Positions 21,842 through 30,978 of a stretch of DNA of 64,000 bases are shown one piece after another; position 1 is the first letter of the stretch, and each line of letters starts with the position of its first letter. The notes beneath the pieces were generated by a model, which saw only the letters and a list, made by a program, of their open reading frames with translations, ran no database searches and was not told the DNA's origin. This DNA comes from a virus. Both the position numbers and the translations under genes were made by a program. The stretch is taken from the IMG/VR virus record IMGVR_UViG_3300028025_003977, positions 23,551 to 87,550 of that record; one strand, given 5' to 3'.

Positions 21842-22651
21842 ATGACAAACGATTTGAAGTGGATGCTGTCATCAGACCAGCAATTCCCATATCAAGATGA
21901 TAAGATGATTGAGCTATGGTTTAAGGTAATGAGATGGTTTAAGCCAGACGTAGTTGATTATCTAGGTGATACAGACGATCAAGCTTGCTATAGCAAGTAC
22001 ACAGAAGGTCGCTCAGCAGAGTTTTTAAAGATGCACAAGGATGATAACGGAAATGCAATTATGCCCCTTATGCAACATGAAGCAAAACTAGCAAGAGACT
22101 TTTATACTAAGACACGAAAAGTAGCAAAAAATGCACAGTTGTTTTCAGCACTTGGAAACCACGACATTCGTGTATTTGAATACATTGATAAAAAGCTTCC
22201 AGAATATGTAGAGGCAACAACTCCAGAGGCACTATGGAATTTAGACAGCCTTGGTTACGATTATATTTATTATAATCAGCCACCTGCTCATCGCTTTGGA
22301 GATATCCATGTTCATCATGGAAATGCCATTTCGCAAAATGCAGGAGAGTCTGTTCGTAAAGATGTAGATAACTTTGGGGTATCTCTTATTCGTGGTCACT
22401 CTCATCGTGCAGGTGTTTACTTTAACACCTATGAGTTAAGAAACGGTGGACTAGGAGAAACTTTGCGTGGATACGAAATTGGTCATATGTGTGATGAAAA
22501 GTCTACAGGAATGATGTATACAAATAATCATAACTGGCAAAAGGCTTTTGCAATTGCACATATTGAAAATGGAAATTATCCCCATATTCAGCTAGTACAC
22601 GTCTCCCCTGACTACTCTTGTGTAGTAGATGGTAAGTTCTTTAAGGTATAA
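21842..22651 (+). CDS. Calcineurin-like metallophosphoesterase
   Basis: Motifs SDQQ, LGDTDD, GNHD, HHG, GHSHR. Confidence 0.85.
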   Translation: MTNDLKWMLSSDQQFPYQDDKMIELWFKVMRWFKPDVVDYLGDTDDQACYSKYTEGRSAEFLKMHKDDNGNAIMPLMQHEAKLARDFYTKTRKVAKNAQLFSALGNHDIRVFEYIDKKLPEYVEATTPEALWNLDSLGYDYIYYNQPPAHRFGDIHVHHGNAISQNAGESVRKDVDNFGVSLIRGHSHRAGVYFNTYELRNGGLGETLRGYEIGHMCDEKSTGMMYTNNHNWQKAFAIAHIENGNYPHIQLVHVSPDYSCVVDGKFFKV

Positions 22652-22659
22652 CCTTAGGC

Positions 22660-22665
22660 TATAAT
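22660..22665 (+). promoter_or_regulatory. -10 element, probably leaderless
   Basis: TATAAT 6 nt before the ATG at 22672, with no SD. Confidence 0.45.
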
Positions 22666-22671
22666 TTAATA

Positions 22672-22863
22672 ATGTGGTGTAAGGTATGCAGTGGCAGAGT
22701 CCTAGTAGATAGAGTATTTACTACGGACTCTCACATTGAGATGTTCTGTTTTTCCTGTGGAAAAAGATGGATATTTAACAACCCTGCAAATTATGGCACA
22801 TTTCCTTTATGGCTTTTAGAAAAGGAAAAGAAATTTAAATGGTACTCGTCAATGGGACAATAA
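22672..22863 (+). CDS. Small Zn-ribbon protein
   Basis: CKVC...CFSC pairs. Confidence 0.7.
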   Translation: MWCKVCSGRVLVDRVFTTDSHIEMFCFSCGKRWIFNNPANYGTFPLWLLEKEKKFKWYSSMGQ

Positions 22864-23339
22864 AGCCTGTTAAGAAAAAGTGCTTTATAAATGGTGACGT
22901 GCACCATGTTGTTAGAATAGATAGACCAAAAGGTATTGTTTATTTGTTTAATATGGAAACAAAAACTCAAGCAACATTCTCCTACCATGACTATAAAGAA
23001 TTTAAAAAACCCTGTTACAGAATAGGTGAAGCTTCAAGATCTTTAAATAGGCATCCAGATAGACTTAGGTTTGCCATGAAGAACGGTCTTGTTTCAAAAC
23101 CAAAATTAATATGGTCAAATAACAAGTCTACATATTATTTTTCTACAGAAAATATATTTGAACTTAGAGAATATTTTGCTGGAGTTCACATAGGCAGACC
23201 CAGAAAAGACGGTATGATAATATCTTCAAGGGTTCCAAGTCGTGAAGAACTAGAAGCAAAATTAAATCTTAGGCAAATGCTATATGTAAGAAAAGAAGAT
23301 GGAACCTATGTTCCTATTTGGAAAGCAGAGGAGTTCTAG
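22839..23339 (+). CDS. Putative DNA-binding protein with a MerR-like HTH
   Basis: YRIGEASRSLNRHPDRLRFAMKNGLV resembles a MerR/excisionase HTH. Confidence 0.6.
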   Translation: MVLVNGTIKPVKKKCFINGDVHHVVRIDRPKGIVYLFNMETKTQATFSYHDYKEFKKPCYRIGEASRSLNRHPDRLRFAMKNGLVSKPKLIWSNNKSTYYFSTENIFELREYFAGVHIGRPRKDGMIISSRVPSREELEAKLNLRQMLYVRKEDGTYVPIWKAEEF

Positions 23340-23629
23340 TGGCTAGACATAAAAAAATAAAAATGACAGAACTAGAAAAGTTTATTGGTTCTGAGCTTTC
23401 AGAAGATACTGCATTGATTGGTGCAGCAGAAACATTAGCACAGGCATCAAAAATTGCAACAAAAAAGAAAGATGTAGACTCTTTAATTAATGCAGTTGAA
23501 GGTTGGCTAACACTTTCTAGATTTCTTTCGGAAGAAAAGGATTTTGACAAATCGTCAAGATATGGTATGATTGGTTTTACAAGTAGCCAGGGAGACAGTA
23601 ATGAGTCAAAAGGAAACAACAACGGTTAG
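23318..23629 (+). CDS. Hypothetical protein
   Basis: ORF in a co-oriented operon; true start may be 23339 or 23363. Confidence 0.55.
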   Translation: MESRGVLVARHKKIKMTELEKFIGSELSEDTALIGAAETLAQASKIATKKKDVDSLINAVEGWLTLSRFLSEEKDFDKSSRYGMIGFTSSQGDSNESKGNNNG

Positions 23630-23813
23630 AGTTAACCTAAAGTTTGTTAGAAACTTAGGAAACTACGAAAGCGTACATGTTGAATTGGGTGTAGAAGACT
23701 TTGTAAGAGATACAGACGGCAACGTTGATTCAGCCATGAACAGAGTATACTCTTTTGTAGAAAATAAATTAATGGAAAAGGTTCAAGAGATAGAGCAGGA
23801 CCTTAAGAAGTGA
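23601..23813 (+). CDS. Conserved actinophage-type hypothetical protein
   Basis: SD GGAG before ATG 23601; NLGNYES..VELG motif. Confidence 0.7.
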   Translation: MSQKETTTVRVNLKFVRNLGNYESVHVELGVEDFVRDTDGNVDSAMNRVYSFVENKLMEKVQEIEQDLKK

Positions 23814-24145
23814 CAGCGGATAAAGCAAAGCTAGCATATATTTTCTTAAACAACTATGCAAAGTTGTATGAAAAGAAATATAACATAAAGCCAAACATAA
23901 ACAAGTACAAAGAAAAATGGGCAGCGGTTTCAATTATTGAAGATTACCAGTTGGACCAAATAGACAAGGCTTTAGAATACTACTTTACTTTACAGAAAGA
24001 GGGTCATCCTCTTGCTTGGTTCTATAACAATGTAGACACCATTATTTCAACTTTAAAAGAAAAAGAACGTGACGAACGCCTAAGACTAGAGCGTAGAAAA
24101 GAAACAGCAAAATTGCGTGAGGAGTATCTAAATGGGAATGCGTGA
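23810..24145 (+). CDS. Hypothetical protein (possible helicase loader/initiator partner)
   Basis: GTGA overlap with the upstream gene; lies directly before dnaB. Confidence 0.6.
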   Translation: MTADKAKLAYIFLNNYAKLYEKKYNIKPNINKYKEKWAAVSIIEDYQLDQIDKALEYYFTLQKEGHPLAWFYNNVDTIISTLKEKERDERLRLERRKETAKLREEYLNGNA

Positions 24146-25367
24146 GGAAGTAGATGTTATTACAGCTGCTTGCAAGAATAAAGATATTCATGTGCTATTT
24201 GAAAACAACATTGACTCAATGCTTAAAAGCACGTCAGATGTTTGGGACTTTATAAAAGAATACTATAACGAGACTCGTCAAATTCCAGACAAGAATCTTA
24301 TTGCAACTAGGTTTAGAGACTTTGAACCGTCTAATGATTCTGGACCAACGATTTATCACGTTAATAGATTGAAGGAAACCTTTCTTGACGAATCTCTTAG
24401 ATCAACCGTAAAGAAGGCTGCACAACTTTTACAAGACAATGAGTCTAATAAGGCACTGTCTTCTCTTAACTCAGATATTTCTTCTCTATCAAGAATTACT
24501 GCAAAAGTAAGAGACATTGATGTAACAGATGTTGATGATGCTATTGCGTACTTCGATAAACAAAGAGAAGCAGCAATGAATGGTGACGTAGGCATTCGTT
24601 CTAACATTGCATCATTTGATGTTTGTCTTCCAATGGGAATTTCCAAGGGACAACTTGGAGTTCTTCTTGCGTATCCTGCAATTGGTAAGTCTTGGTTGGC
24701 ACTTTATTTTGCTGTCCAGGCTTGGAAGAATGGTCGCACCCCAATGATCCTTTCTCTAGAAATGACAGAGCAGGAAGTTCGTAATAGAATTTTTGCAATT
24801 ATTGGAGATGGTAGATGGTCACATCGTGCATTAAGTTCTGGTCGTGTAAACCAAGATGAGTTTAAGGCTTGGGCAAAAGAAAACTTAGAGGGCAAACCAC
24901 CATTTAAGATTATCTCTAATGACGGTGGAAGCGAAGTAAATCCAAATGTTGTAAGAGCAAAGATTGACCAGTATAAGCCAGACATTGTATTTATTGACTA
25001 CCTACAACTTATGACAGACAATTCTGGATCCTCTCAAAATGAGACTGTTAAAATAAAGAATCTATCTAGAGAGCTTAAATTGTTGGCTATCTCAGAACAG
25101 ATACCAGTTGTTGCAATCGCCTCTGCTACGCCCGATGATGCCTCAGATTTGGAGTCTGTACCACAGCTTGGTCAGGTAGCTTGGTCACGACAGATTGCTT
25201 ATGATGCTGACTGGGTTCTTGCAATGGGTCGTAAAGCAAATAGCGATGCTCTTGAAGTGGCGTTTAGAAAAAATCGTCATGGATTTTTGGGAGACTTTGT
25301 AATGCTAGCAGACTTTGATAAAGGAAAGTTTTCAGAAGTATATGACCCAAGTGATGACTCAACCTAA
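24132..25367 (+). CDS. dnaB: DnaB-like replicative helicase
   Basis: Walker A AYPAIGKS, SLEM, IDYLQLM, SRELKLLA, IAYDAD, KNRHG. Confidence 0.95.
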   Translation: MGMREEVDVITAACKNKDIHVLFENNIDSMLKSTSDVWDFIKEYYNETRQIPDKNLIATRFRDFEPSNDSGPTIYHVNRLKETFLDESLRSTVKKAAQLLQDNESNKALSSLNSDISSLSRITAKVRDIDVTDVDDAIAYFDKQREAAMNGDVGIRSNIASFDVCLPMGISKGQLGVLLAYPAIGKSWLALYFAVQAWKNGRTPMILSLEMTEQEVRNRIFAIIGDGRWSHRALSSGRVNQDEFKAWAKENLEGKPPFKIISNDGGSEVNPNVVRAKIDQYKPDIVFIDYLQLMTDNSGSSQNETVKIKNLSRELKLLAISEQIPVVAIASATPDDASDLESVPQLGQVAWSRQIAYDADWVLAMGRKANSDALEVAFRKNRHGFLGDFVMLADFDKGKFSEVYDPSDDST

Positions 25368-25369
25368 TC

Positions 25370-25375
25370 TATAAT
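25370..25375 (+). promoter_or_regulatory. -10 element, probably leaderless
   Basis: TATAAT 6 nt before the ATG at 25382. Confidence 0.45.
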
Positions 25376-25381
25376 TGAGGT

Positions 25382-25717
25382 ATGGATTTCGTTGGACACA
25401 AGAAAATTAAAGACTTTTCTCTAGATGGTAACATCGCAGATGAGTCAGATACTATGCGTCTAAGAAAAGAATATGACATACTATTAGACCATTATATGAA
25501 GGAAAGAGGATATGTTCCACACCTGGAACTTGAAAGTGTCTTCTCTTTGTCGTATAATGGAACATCGTTTGATTTTAAAATAACTCGTTACGGAATTTAT
25601 GTAGGAAAGGCTAAGGCAAAGTGTTACAAGGGAGTTTTAGGAAACAGGCTTATACCAGCGATTCATACCAGCAAGACCAGATTAGAGAAATTATCAAAGT
25701 CTGCGGAATCTCAATAG
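25382..25717 (+). CDS. Hypothetical protein
   Basis: 111 aa ORF between helicase and primase; overlaps the primase start by 97 nt. Confidence 0.65.
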   Translation: MDFVGHKKIKDFSLDGNIADESDTMRLRKEYDILLDHYMKERGYVPHLELESVFSLSYNGTSFDFKITRYGIYVGKAKAKCYKGVLGNRLIPAIHTSKTRLEKLSKSAESQ

Positions 25718-26571
25718 GAACTGAGTTAGATACTCACTTTCTTGTATACTGCCCTTTTCATTACAACGTACACACTCCAGCATGTGAAGTAGACAAGGAA
25801 AAAGGATTGTTTATTTGTTTTTCTTGTGGGGAAAACGGAACGCTATTAGATTTAATTATGCGTACAACATCAAGAAATTATTTTGAAGCAATGCGTGTGA
25901 TCTCTGCAGCAGAAAAATCTATAGACTTTGTAGATGTAATTGACAAGGCAGTAGAAGAAAAGCCAGAGTTTGTTGAGTTTGATTTAAATACAATTGAAAG
26001 ACTTCACTCTACACTTTTAGAAAATACTCGTGCAGTAGAATACTTTAATTCAAGAAAAATTAATCTAGATTCAATTAAGCATTTTAAGCTAGGTTATTCT
26101 GAAAAGCAGGACATGGTTACTGTTCCAGTTTATTCTAACACTGGAATCTGTGTAGGATTTGTTGGCAGATCAATTGAGGGAAAAACCTTTAAAAATTCTA
26201 CAGGAACACCAAGAAATAAAATCTTGTTTAATTTAAATAATGTAATGTATAAAGAGGTTGTAATTGTAGAGTCCTCTTTTGATGCAATTAGGTTATGGCA
26301 ATTAGGAATTCCAGCAATTGCAACATTGGGTGCAAATCTTGGTAAGATGCAAATTCAATTAATAAATAAATATGTTTCTAGACTAATTCTTGCAATGGAC
26401 CAAGACGATGCAGGAAACACACTAAGAAAAAATATTTCAAGCAACGTATCTATTCCAACATCAACTATGGAATTTCCAGATGGCGTAAAAGATATTGGAG
26501 ATATGACAGACGAACAAATATTAAGTTCGTATAAAACGCTCTCAGAGTTTGACATTGCTTTACAACTCTGA
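25621..26571 (+). CDS. dnaG: DNA primase (CHC2 Zn finger + TOPRIM)
   Basis: CPFH...CFSC zinc finger; IVESSFDA and MDQDDAG TOPRIM motifs. Confidence 0.92.
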   Translation: MLQGSFRKQAYTSDSYQQDQIREIIKVCGISIGTELDTHFLVYCPFHYNVHTPACEVDKEKGLFICFSCGENGTLLDLIMRTTSRNYFEAMRVISAAEKSIDFVDVIDKAVEEKPEFVEFDLNTIERLHSTLLENTRAVEYFNSRKINLDSIKHFKLGYSEKQDMVTVPVYSNTGICVGFVGRSIEGKTFKNSTGTPRNKILFNLNNVMYKEVVIVESSFDAIRLWQLGIPAIATLGANLGKMQIQLINKYVSRLILAMDQDDAGNTLRKNISSNVSIPTSTMEFPDGVKDIGDMTDEQILSSYKTLSEFDIALQL

Positions 26572-26577
26572 TATAAT
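26549..26577 (+). promoter_or_regulatory. Sigma70-type promoter for ssb
   Basis: TTGACA (26549-54), 17 nt, TATAAT (26572-77) with extended TG. The -35 lies inside the last primase codons. Confidence 0.75.
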
Positions 26578-26621
26578 AAAACAATAGATTCACTTATCGA
26601 ATCAAATATTAGGAGAAATAT

Positions 26622-27278
26622 ATGGGTATCATTCAGGGTCTTGATGCAATCAAGAGTCACATTGACAAGCCAAAGGGATCTGACGGTCCAAAAGCCCGAT
26701 GGCTAAAGCTAGAAGATGGACAATCAATCAAGCTTCGTTTTGTTAACGAAGTTGATCCAGACTCAAAGAACTATGACACATCTCGTGGATTAGCAATTGT
26801 AGTCGCAGAACACACAAATCCAAAAGACTATCGCCGTAAGGCTGTATGTAGCATGGAAGAGGAAGGTCGCTGTCATGGTTGCGAAATGCACCGCAGAGAT
26901 CCAAAGGCTGGCTGGAAAGCTCGTCTAAGACTTTATGCAAACGTACTAGTTGATGATGGTACTGGAGAACAGTACACCGCAATTTGGTCACAGGGCGTTG
27001 GTCCTAAGTCAGTAACAACACAAACACTAATTGAATATGCAAGTGATACAGGTGCTATCAGTAACCTTACATGGCGTTTAAAGCGTTCAGGTACAGGTAC
27101 GCAGACAAGCTATGCCTTGTTCCCACTAGTAGTAGATGAAACAGCATTTGACTGGTCATCCGTTGAGCAATATGAATTAGAAAAAACTGCAATTCGTTCG
27201 GTTAAGTATGCAGACCAAGAGTCATTCTACTCTGGTCTAGATGCAGACGATTCAGTATCTACCTCCTCTGAGTGGTAA
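26622..27278 (+). CDS. Single-stranded DNA-binding protein (gp32-like)
   Basis: WLKLEDGQSIKLRF start, C-x6-C-x2-C Zn site, LKRSGTGTQTSY, acidic C-terminal tail; located between primase and polymerase. Confidence 0.8.
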   Translation: MGIIQGLDAIKSHIDKPKGSDGPKARWLKLEDGQSIKLRFVNEVDPDSKNYDTSRGLAIVVAEHTNPKDYRRKAVCSMEEEGRCHGCEMHRRDPKAGWKARLRLYANVLVDDGTGEQYTAIWSQGVGPKSVTTQTLIEYASDTGAISNLTWRLKRSGTGTQTSYALFPLVVDETAFDWSSVEQYELEKTAIRSVKYADQESFYSGLDADDSVSTSSEW

Positions 27279-27279
27279 T

Positions 27280-27309
27280 TTGACAGACTTGGGGGCAGTG
27301 GGATATACT
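27280..27309 (+). promoter_or_regulatory. Sigma70-type promoter for dnaE
   Basis: TTGACA (27280-85), 18 nt, TATACT (27304-09). Confidence 0.65.
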
Positions 27310-27323
27310 CTTACTGCCCCCAA
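27289..27323 (+). terminator. GC-rich hairpin after ssb (terminator-like), with the dnaE -10 in its loop
   Basis: TTGGGGGCAGT...ACTGCCCCCAA 11-bp perfect stem, extendable to 15 bp with G-U pairs. No clear U-tract. Confidence 0.55.
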
Positions 27324-27339
27324 CTATTATTGGAGATAA

Positions 27340-30300
27340 ATGTTTCACAATCATCATTCACACTCTTACTACAGCCTATTAGACGGCTTCTCTTCTCCAG
27401 AAGAACTGCTTAAAAGAGCAGAGGAGATTGGTATGGGTGCTATATCTATTACAGATCACGGAACTTTAAGTGGTCACAGAGATTTATTAGTGGCTGCCAA
27501 GAGCAGTTCAGTTAAGCCCATCTTGGGCTTAGAGGCATACTTTACAACAGATCGTTTAGACAAAAGAGCCAGAAAAGATCGTGCAGACGAAGAACAGATT
27601 TACAACCACTTGATTGTTTTAGCACAAAACGAAAACGGATTACAGAACCTATCAAAACTTTCAGAGATTGGTTGGAATGACGGATTCTTTAGTAAGCCCC
27701 GTATTGACTTTGAAGTACTGCAAGAAAACTCAAAAGATTTAATTGTTTTGTCTGGATGCATGAATAGTATTATTGCTAAGGCAATTCAAAATGGAAACAT
27801 GGATGCAGCAAAAAGACATACAGATTGGTTTAAGCAAGTATTTAAAGATAACTTTTACATGGAGCTTCAGCCACACAATCCTGCAGAACTTAATTTGCAA
27901 ATGTTAAAGCTGGCAGATGATATGGGAGTTAAAAGTACTGTAACTTTAGATTGCCATTATGCTTCTCCAGAAGATAAGATTGCAGAAGAAATTATGCTTA
28001 TTCTTGGAACGCATCCAAAGGTTTTAAGAGAAGCGACATTTGATGATAGCAGAAAGATTAAAGACCTAATTGAAAGACTGGACTACCTATATGGTGATCG
28101 CTTTATGTCGTTTAAGGACCTAGACATATTCTTAATGGATCATAAAACTGTTCGTGACAAGATGATTGACCAAGGAATTGATAGAGATGATCTTTATGAA
28201 AACTCTATGGAGATTAGTTCTAAGGTTGGCTCTTACGACTTAAAAGAAAACCTAGACCTCCTACCAGTTGACCACAAAGACCCTAACTCCGAGCTTGAAA
28301 GATTAGCCATGGAAGGTTTGATAAAGCGTGGGTTTGGAGAAGACAAAGTTTATTTGGATAGGCTTAAAGAAGAACTTGAAATTATTAAGTCTAAAAACTT
28401 TTCTTCTTACTTCCTTGTTGTATCAGATATGATTGGCTGGTCAAAGAACAACAATATCTTTGTTGGTCCTGGTCGTGGCTCTGCAGCAGGTTCTTTGGTT
28501 TGTTATGCCCTAGAAATTACCGAGGTTGATCCAATTAAGTTTGGACTCTTGTTCTTCCGATTTATTAATCCAGAGCGTAACGACTTCCCAGACATTGACA
28601 CTGACTATGAAGATCGTAAGCGTGGTCAAGTAAAGGACTACCTTGCTGAGCAGTATAAGCACGTTGCATCTATTGCCACATTCCTAACATTCAAAGATAA
28701 AGGTGTTGTAAGAGACGTTGCTCGTGTTTTTCATATTCCTTTGCCAGAAGTTAATAAGGCACTCAAGGGCGTTGAAACATGGGATGATTTTATTAGCGAT
28801 AAGTCCACTGCTGAATTTAGACAGAAGTATCCAGAAGTAGTTAAGTATGCAGAAAGACTTCGTGGGCGTATTCGTGGAACAGGAATGCATGCTGCTGGTA
28901 TTGTGGCTGCTAAAGATAATATTTCAAAGTACGCTCCAATGGAAACTCGTAAGGACACGCAATCAGATGACCGTGTTCAAGTAGTAGCAGTAGACATGGA
29001 ACAGGCTGCAGACATTGGTCTAATTAAGATTGATGCACTAGGTCTGAAGACACTGACTGTAATCCATGATGCTATGGATATGATTGAAGAGCGACAGGGC
29101 GTTAAATTGGATCTAAGAAAGATTGATTTAACAGACAGAGAAGTATATGCAGACTTAACTGCAGGATTTACCAAAGGTGTATTCCAAGCAGAAACAACTC
29201 CTTATACAAACCTGCTTGTAAAAATGGGCGTGTACAACTTTGATGAACTTGCTGCTTCAAATGCTTTAGTTCGTCCAGGTGCCATGAATACCATTGGTGC
29301 AGAATATATTGCTCGCAAAAAGGGCAAAAAGCCAGTGAAATACCTTCATGACATTGTAAAAGAGTTTACTAAAGATACCTATGGATGTATTTTGTATCAG
29401 GAACAGGTAATGCTTGCTTGTGTGCATTTGGGCGGAATGTCTATGGCAGAAGCAGACAAGGTTCGTAAAATTATTGGTAAGAAAAAAGATGCTAAAGAAT
29501 TTGATAAGTTTAGGGATCAGTTTGTTAAGGGGGCTTCTAAGCATATTACAGAAAAGCAAGCAGAGTCCTTGTGGCATGACTTTGAAGCACACGCTGGATA
29601 TTCCTTTAACAAGTCTCACGCTGTAGCATACTCAATGCTTTCTTATTGGTCAGCCTGGATTAAGCGTTACTATCCACACGAGTTTATGTATTCTTTATTA
29701 AAGAATGAAAAAGATAAAGATACTCGCACAGACTACTTAATTGAAGCTAAGCGTATGGGAATTAAAATTAGGTTGCCACATATTAATGAATCTGACCTTG
29801 ACTTTACTCTTGAGGAAAAATCAATTAGGTTTGGTCTTGGCAATATAAAATACATCTCTGAAAATATTAGCAAGAAAATTATTGATCAAAGACCATTTTA
29901 TTCATATGCAGAGTTTATGGAACACGCAACAAAAAAGGGATCTGGTATTAATAGTCGTGCTGTTGATGCGTTAAATAGAGTTGGTGCAGCAGCATTTAAT
30001 GATAACCAACGTACTGGAGAAGAGAATAAAAACTTTTATGAGTACCTTAACATTCCAGAATTCCATACTGACATTCCTAGATGGATTGAAGCATATACAA
30101 GACCAATTGAAGAATATGAAGAAGAAGGCTGCTTCCTTGTAATTGGAATGGTAAAGGCTATTAAGCGTGGTGATGGCTGGAGTCGTATTGAAGTTGTAGA
30201 TAAGACAGGCAGCGTTGGAGTTTTTGATAGATCAGAAACTACTATTGAAGCTGGAAAGATGTACATCTTTTTAATTGCAGACAATAGAATTGGTGCCTTT

Positions 30301-30603
30301 GCTACACCAGAAGATTTAAAGGACACATCAAATCCTTTTATTAAATATCTAATGTCAAGAACATTGAGTCTTGGAGATAAAGAATACATGGTTATTAGTT
30401 TTACTCCAAGAAAAACAAAAAAGGGAGATAAGATGGCAAACGTAGTACTTGCTGATGAAGATAAAGAACTATACAGTGTCGTAGTATTTCCAACTGCATA
30501 TGCAGAATCGCTAGTTAGGATGAAGCCTGGTGGCGTTTGTAAGCCAGTATTAAACACAACATCAAGTGGCTCAGTCACTGTGAAAGGATTTGAAAGAGTA
30601 TGA
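27340..30603 (+). CDS. dnaE: DNA polymerase III alpha subunit
   Basis: PHP HSH/DG/TDH/GLE; GPGRGSAAGSLV; FPDIDTD; KIDALGLKTL; FNKSH; C-terminal OB. Confidence 0.97.
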   Translation: MFHNHHSHSYYSLLDGFSSPEELLKRAEEIGMGAISITDHGTLSGHRDLLVAAKSSSVKPILGLEAYFTTDRLDKRARKDRADEEQIYNHLIVLAQNENGLQNLSKLSEIGWNDGFFSKPRIDFEVLQENSKDLIVLSGCMNSIIAKAIQNGNMDAAKRHTDWFKQVFKDNFYMELQPHNPAELNLQMLKLADDMGVKSTVTLDCHYASPEDKIAEEIMLILGTHPKVLREATFDDSRKIKDLIERLDYLYGDRFMSFKDLDIFLMDHKTVRDKMIDQGIDRDDLYENSMEISSKVGSYDLKENLDLLPVDHKDPNSELERLAMEGLIKRGFGEDKVYLDRLKEELEIIKSKNFSSYFLVVSDMIGWSKNNNIFVGPGRGSAAGSLVCYALEITEVDPIKFGLLFFRFINPERNDFPDIDTDYEDRKRGQVKDYLAEQYKHVASIATFLTFKDKGVVRDVARVFHIPLPEVNKALKGVETWDDFISDKSTAEFRQKYPEVVKYAERLRGRIRGTGMHAAGIVAAKDNISKYAPMETRKDTQSDDRVQVVAVDMEQAADIGLIKIDALGLKTLTVIHDAMDMIEERQGVKLDLRKIDLTDREVYADLTAGFTKGVFQAETTPYTNLLVKMGVYNFDELAASNALVRPGAMNTIGAEYIARKKGKKPVKYLHDIVKEFTKDTYGCILYQEQVMLACVHLGGMSMAEADKVRKIIGKKKDAKEFDKFRDQFVKGASKHITEKQAESLWHDFEAHAGYSFNKSHAVAYSMLSYWSAWIKRYYPHEFMYSLLKNEKDKDTRTDYLIEAKRMGIKIRLPHINESDLDFTLEEKSIRFGLGNIKYISENISKKIIDQRPFYSYAEFMEHATKKGSGINSRAVDALNRVGAAAFNDNQRTGEENKNFYEYLNIPEFHTDIPRWIEAYTRPIEEYEEEGCFLVIGMVKAIKRGDGWSRIEVVDKTGSVGVFDRSETTIEAGKMYIFLIADNRIGAFATPEDLKDTSNPFIKYLMSRTLSLGDKEYMVISFTPRKTKKGDKMANVVLADEDKELYSVVVFPTAYAESLVRMKPGGVCKPVLNTTSSGSVTVKGFERV

Positions 30604-30944
30604 ACTTAGATAATTTAGCAAGAAGCGTACATCACAATGCAACAGAAAAAGGATTTTGGGACTACATGTATGAAAATGTAGAGCCAAAGGCAGACCCATT
30701 TATTTTCTTTGCAAAACAAATTGCAATGATTCACTCAGAAGCAACAGAAGTCTTGGAAGCACTTAGAAAGCAAAAGGGACAACAAGAGGTTGTAGAAGAG
30801 CTAGCGGATATTATTATTCGTGTAGTTGACTTGTACCAGGGTCTTGTAATGGCTGGAGAAGCCAAAGACTCTCTTGAGGATGTAGTTACAAAGAAGACAA
30901 TTATTAATAGCCAACGTCCAAAAATGCATGGCGTATTGGGATGA
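30600..30944 (+). CDS. MazG-like nucleotide pyrophosphohydrolase
   Basis: IHSEATEVLEA...EELADIIIR all-alpha NTP-PPase motif. Confidence 0.85.
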   Translation: MNLDNLARSVHHNATEKGFWDYMYENVEPKADPFIFFAKQIAMIHSEATEVLEALRKQKGQQEVVEELADIIIRVVDLYQGLVMAGEAKDSLEDVVTKKTIINSQRPKMHGVLG

Positions 30945-30978
30945 TATAATAGATGCTTATACAAGATGGAGATATAAA

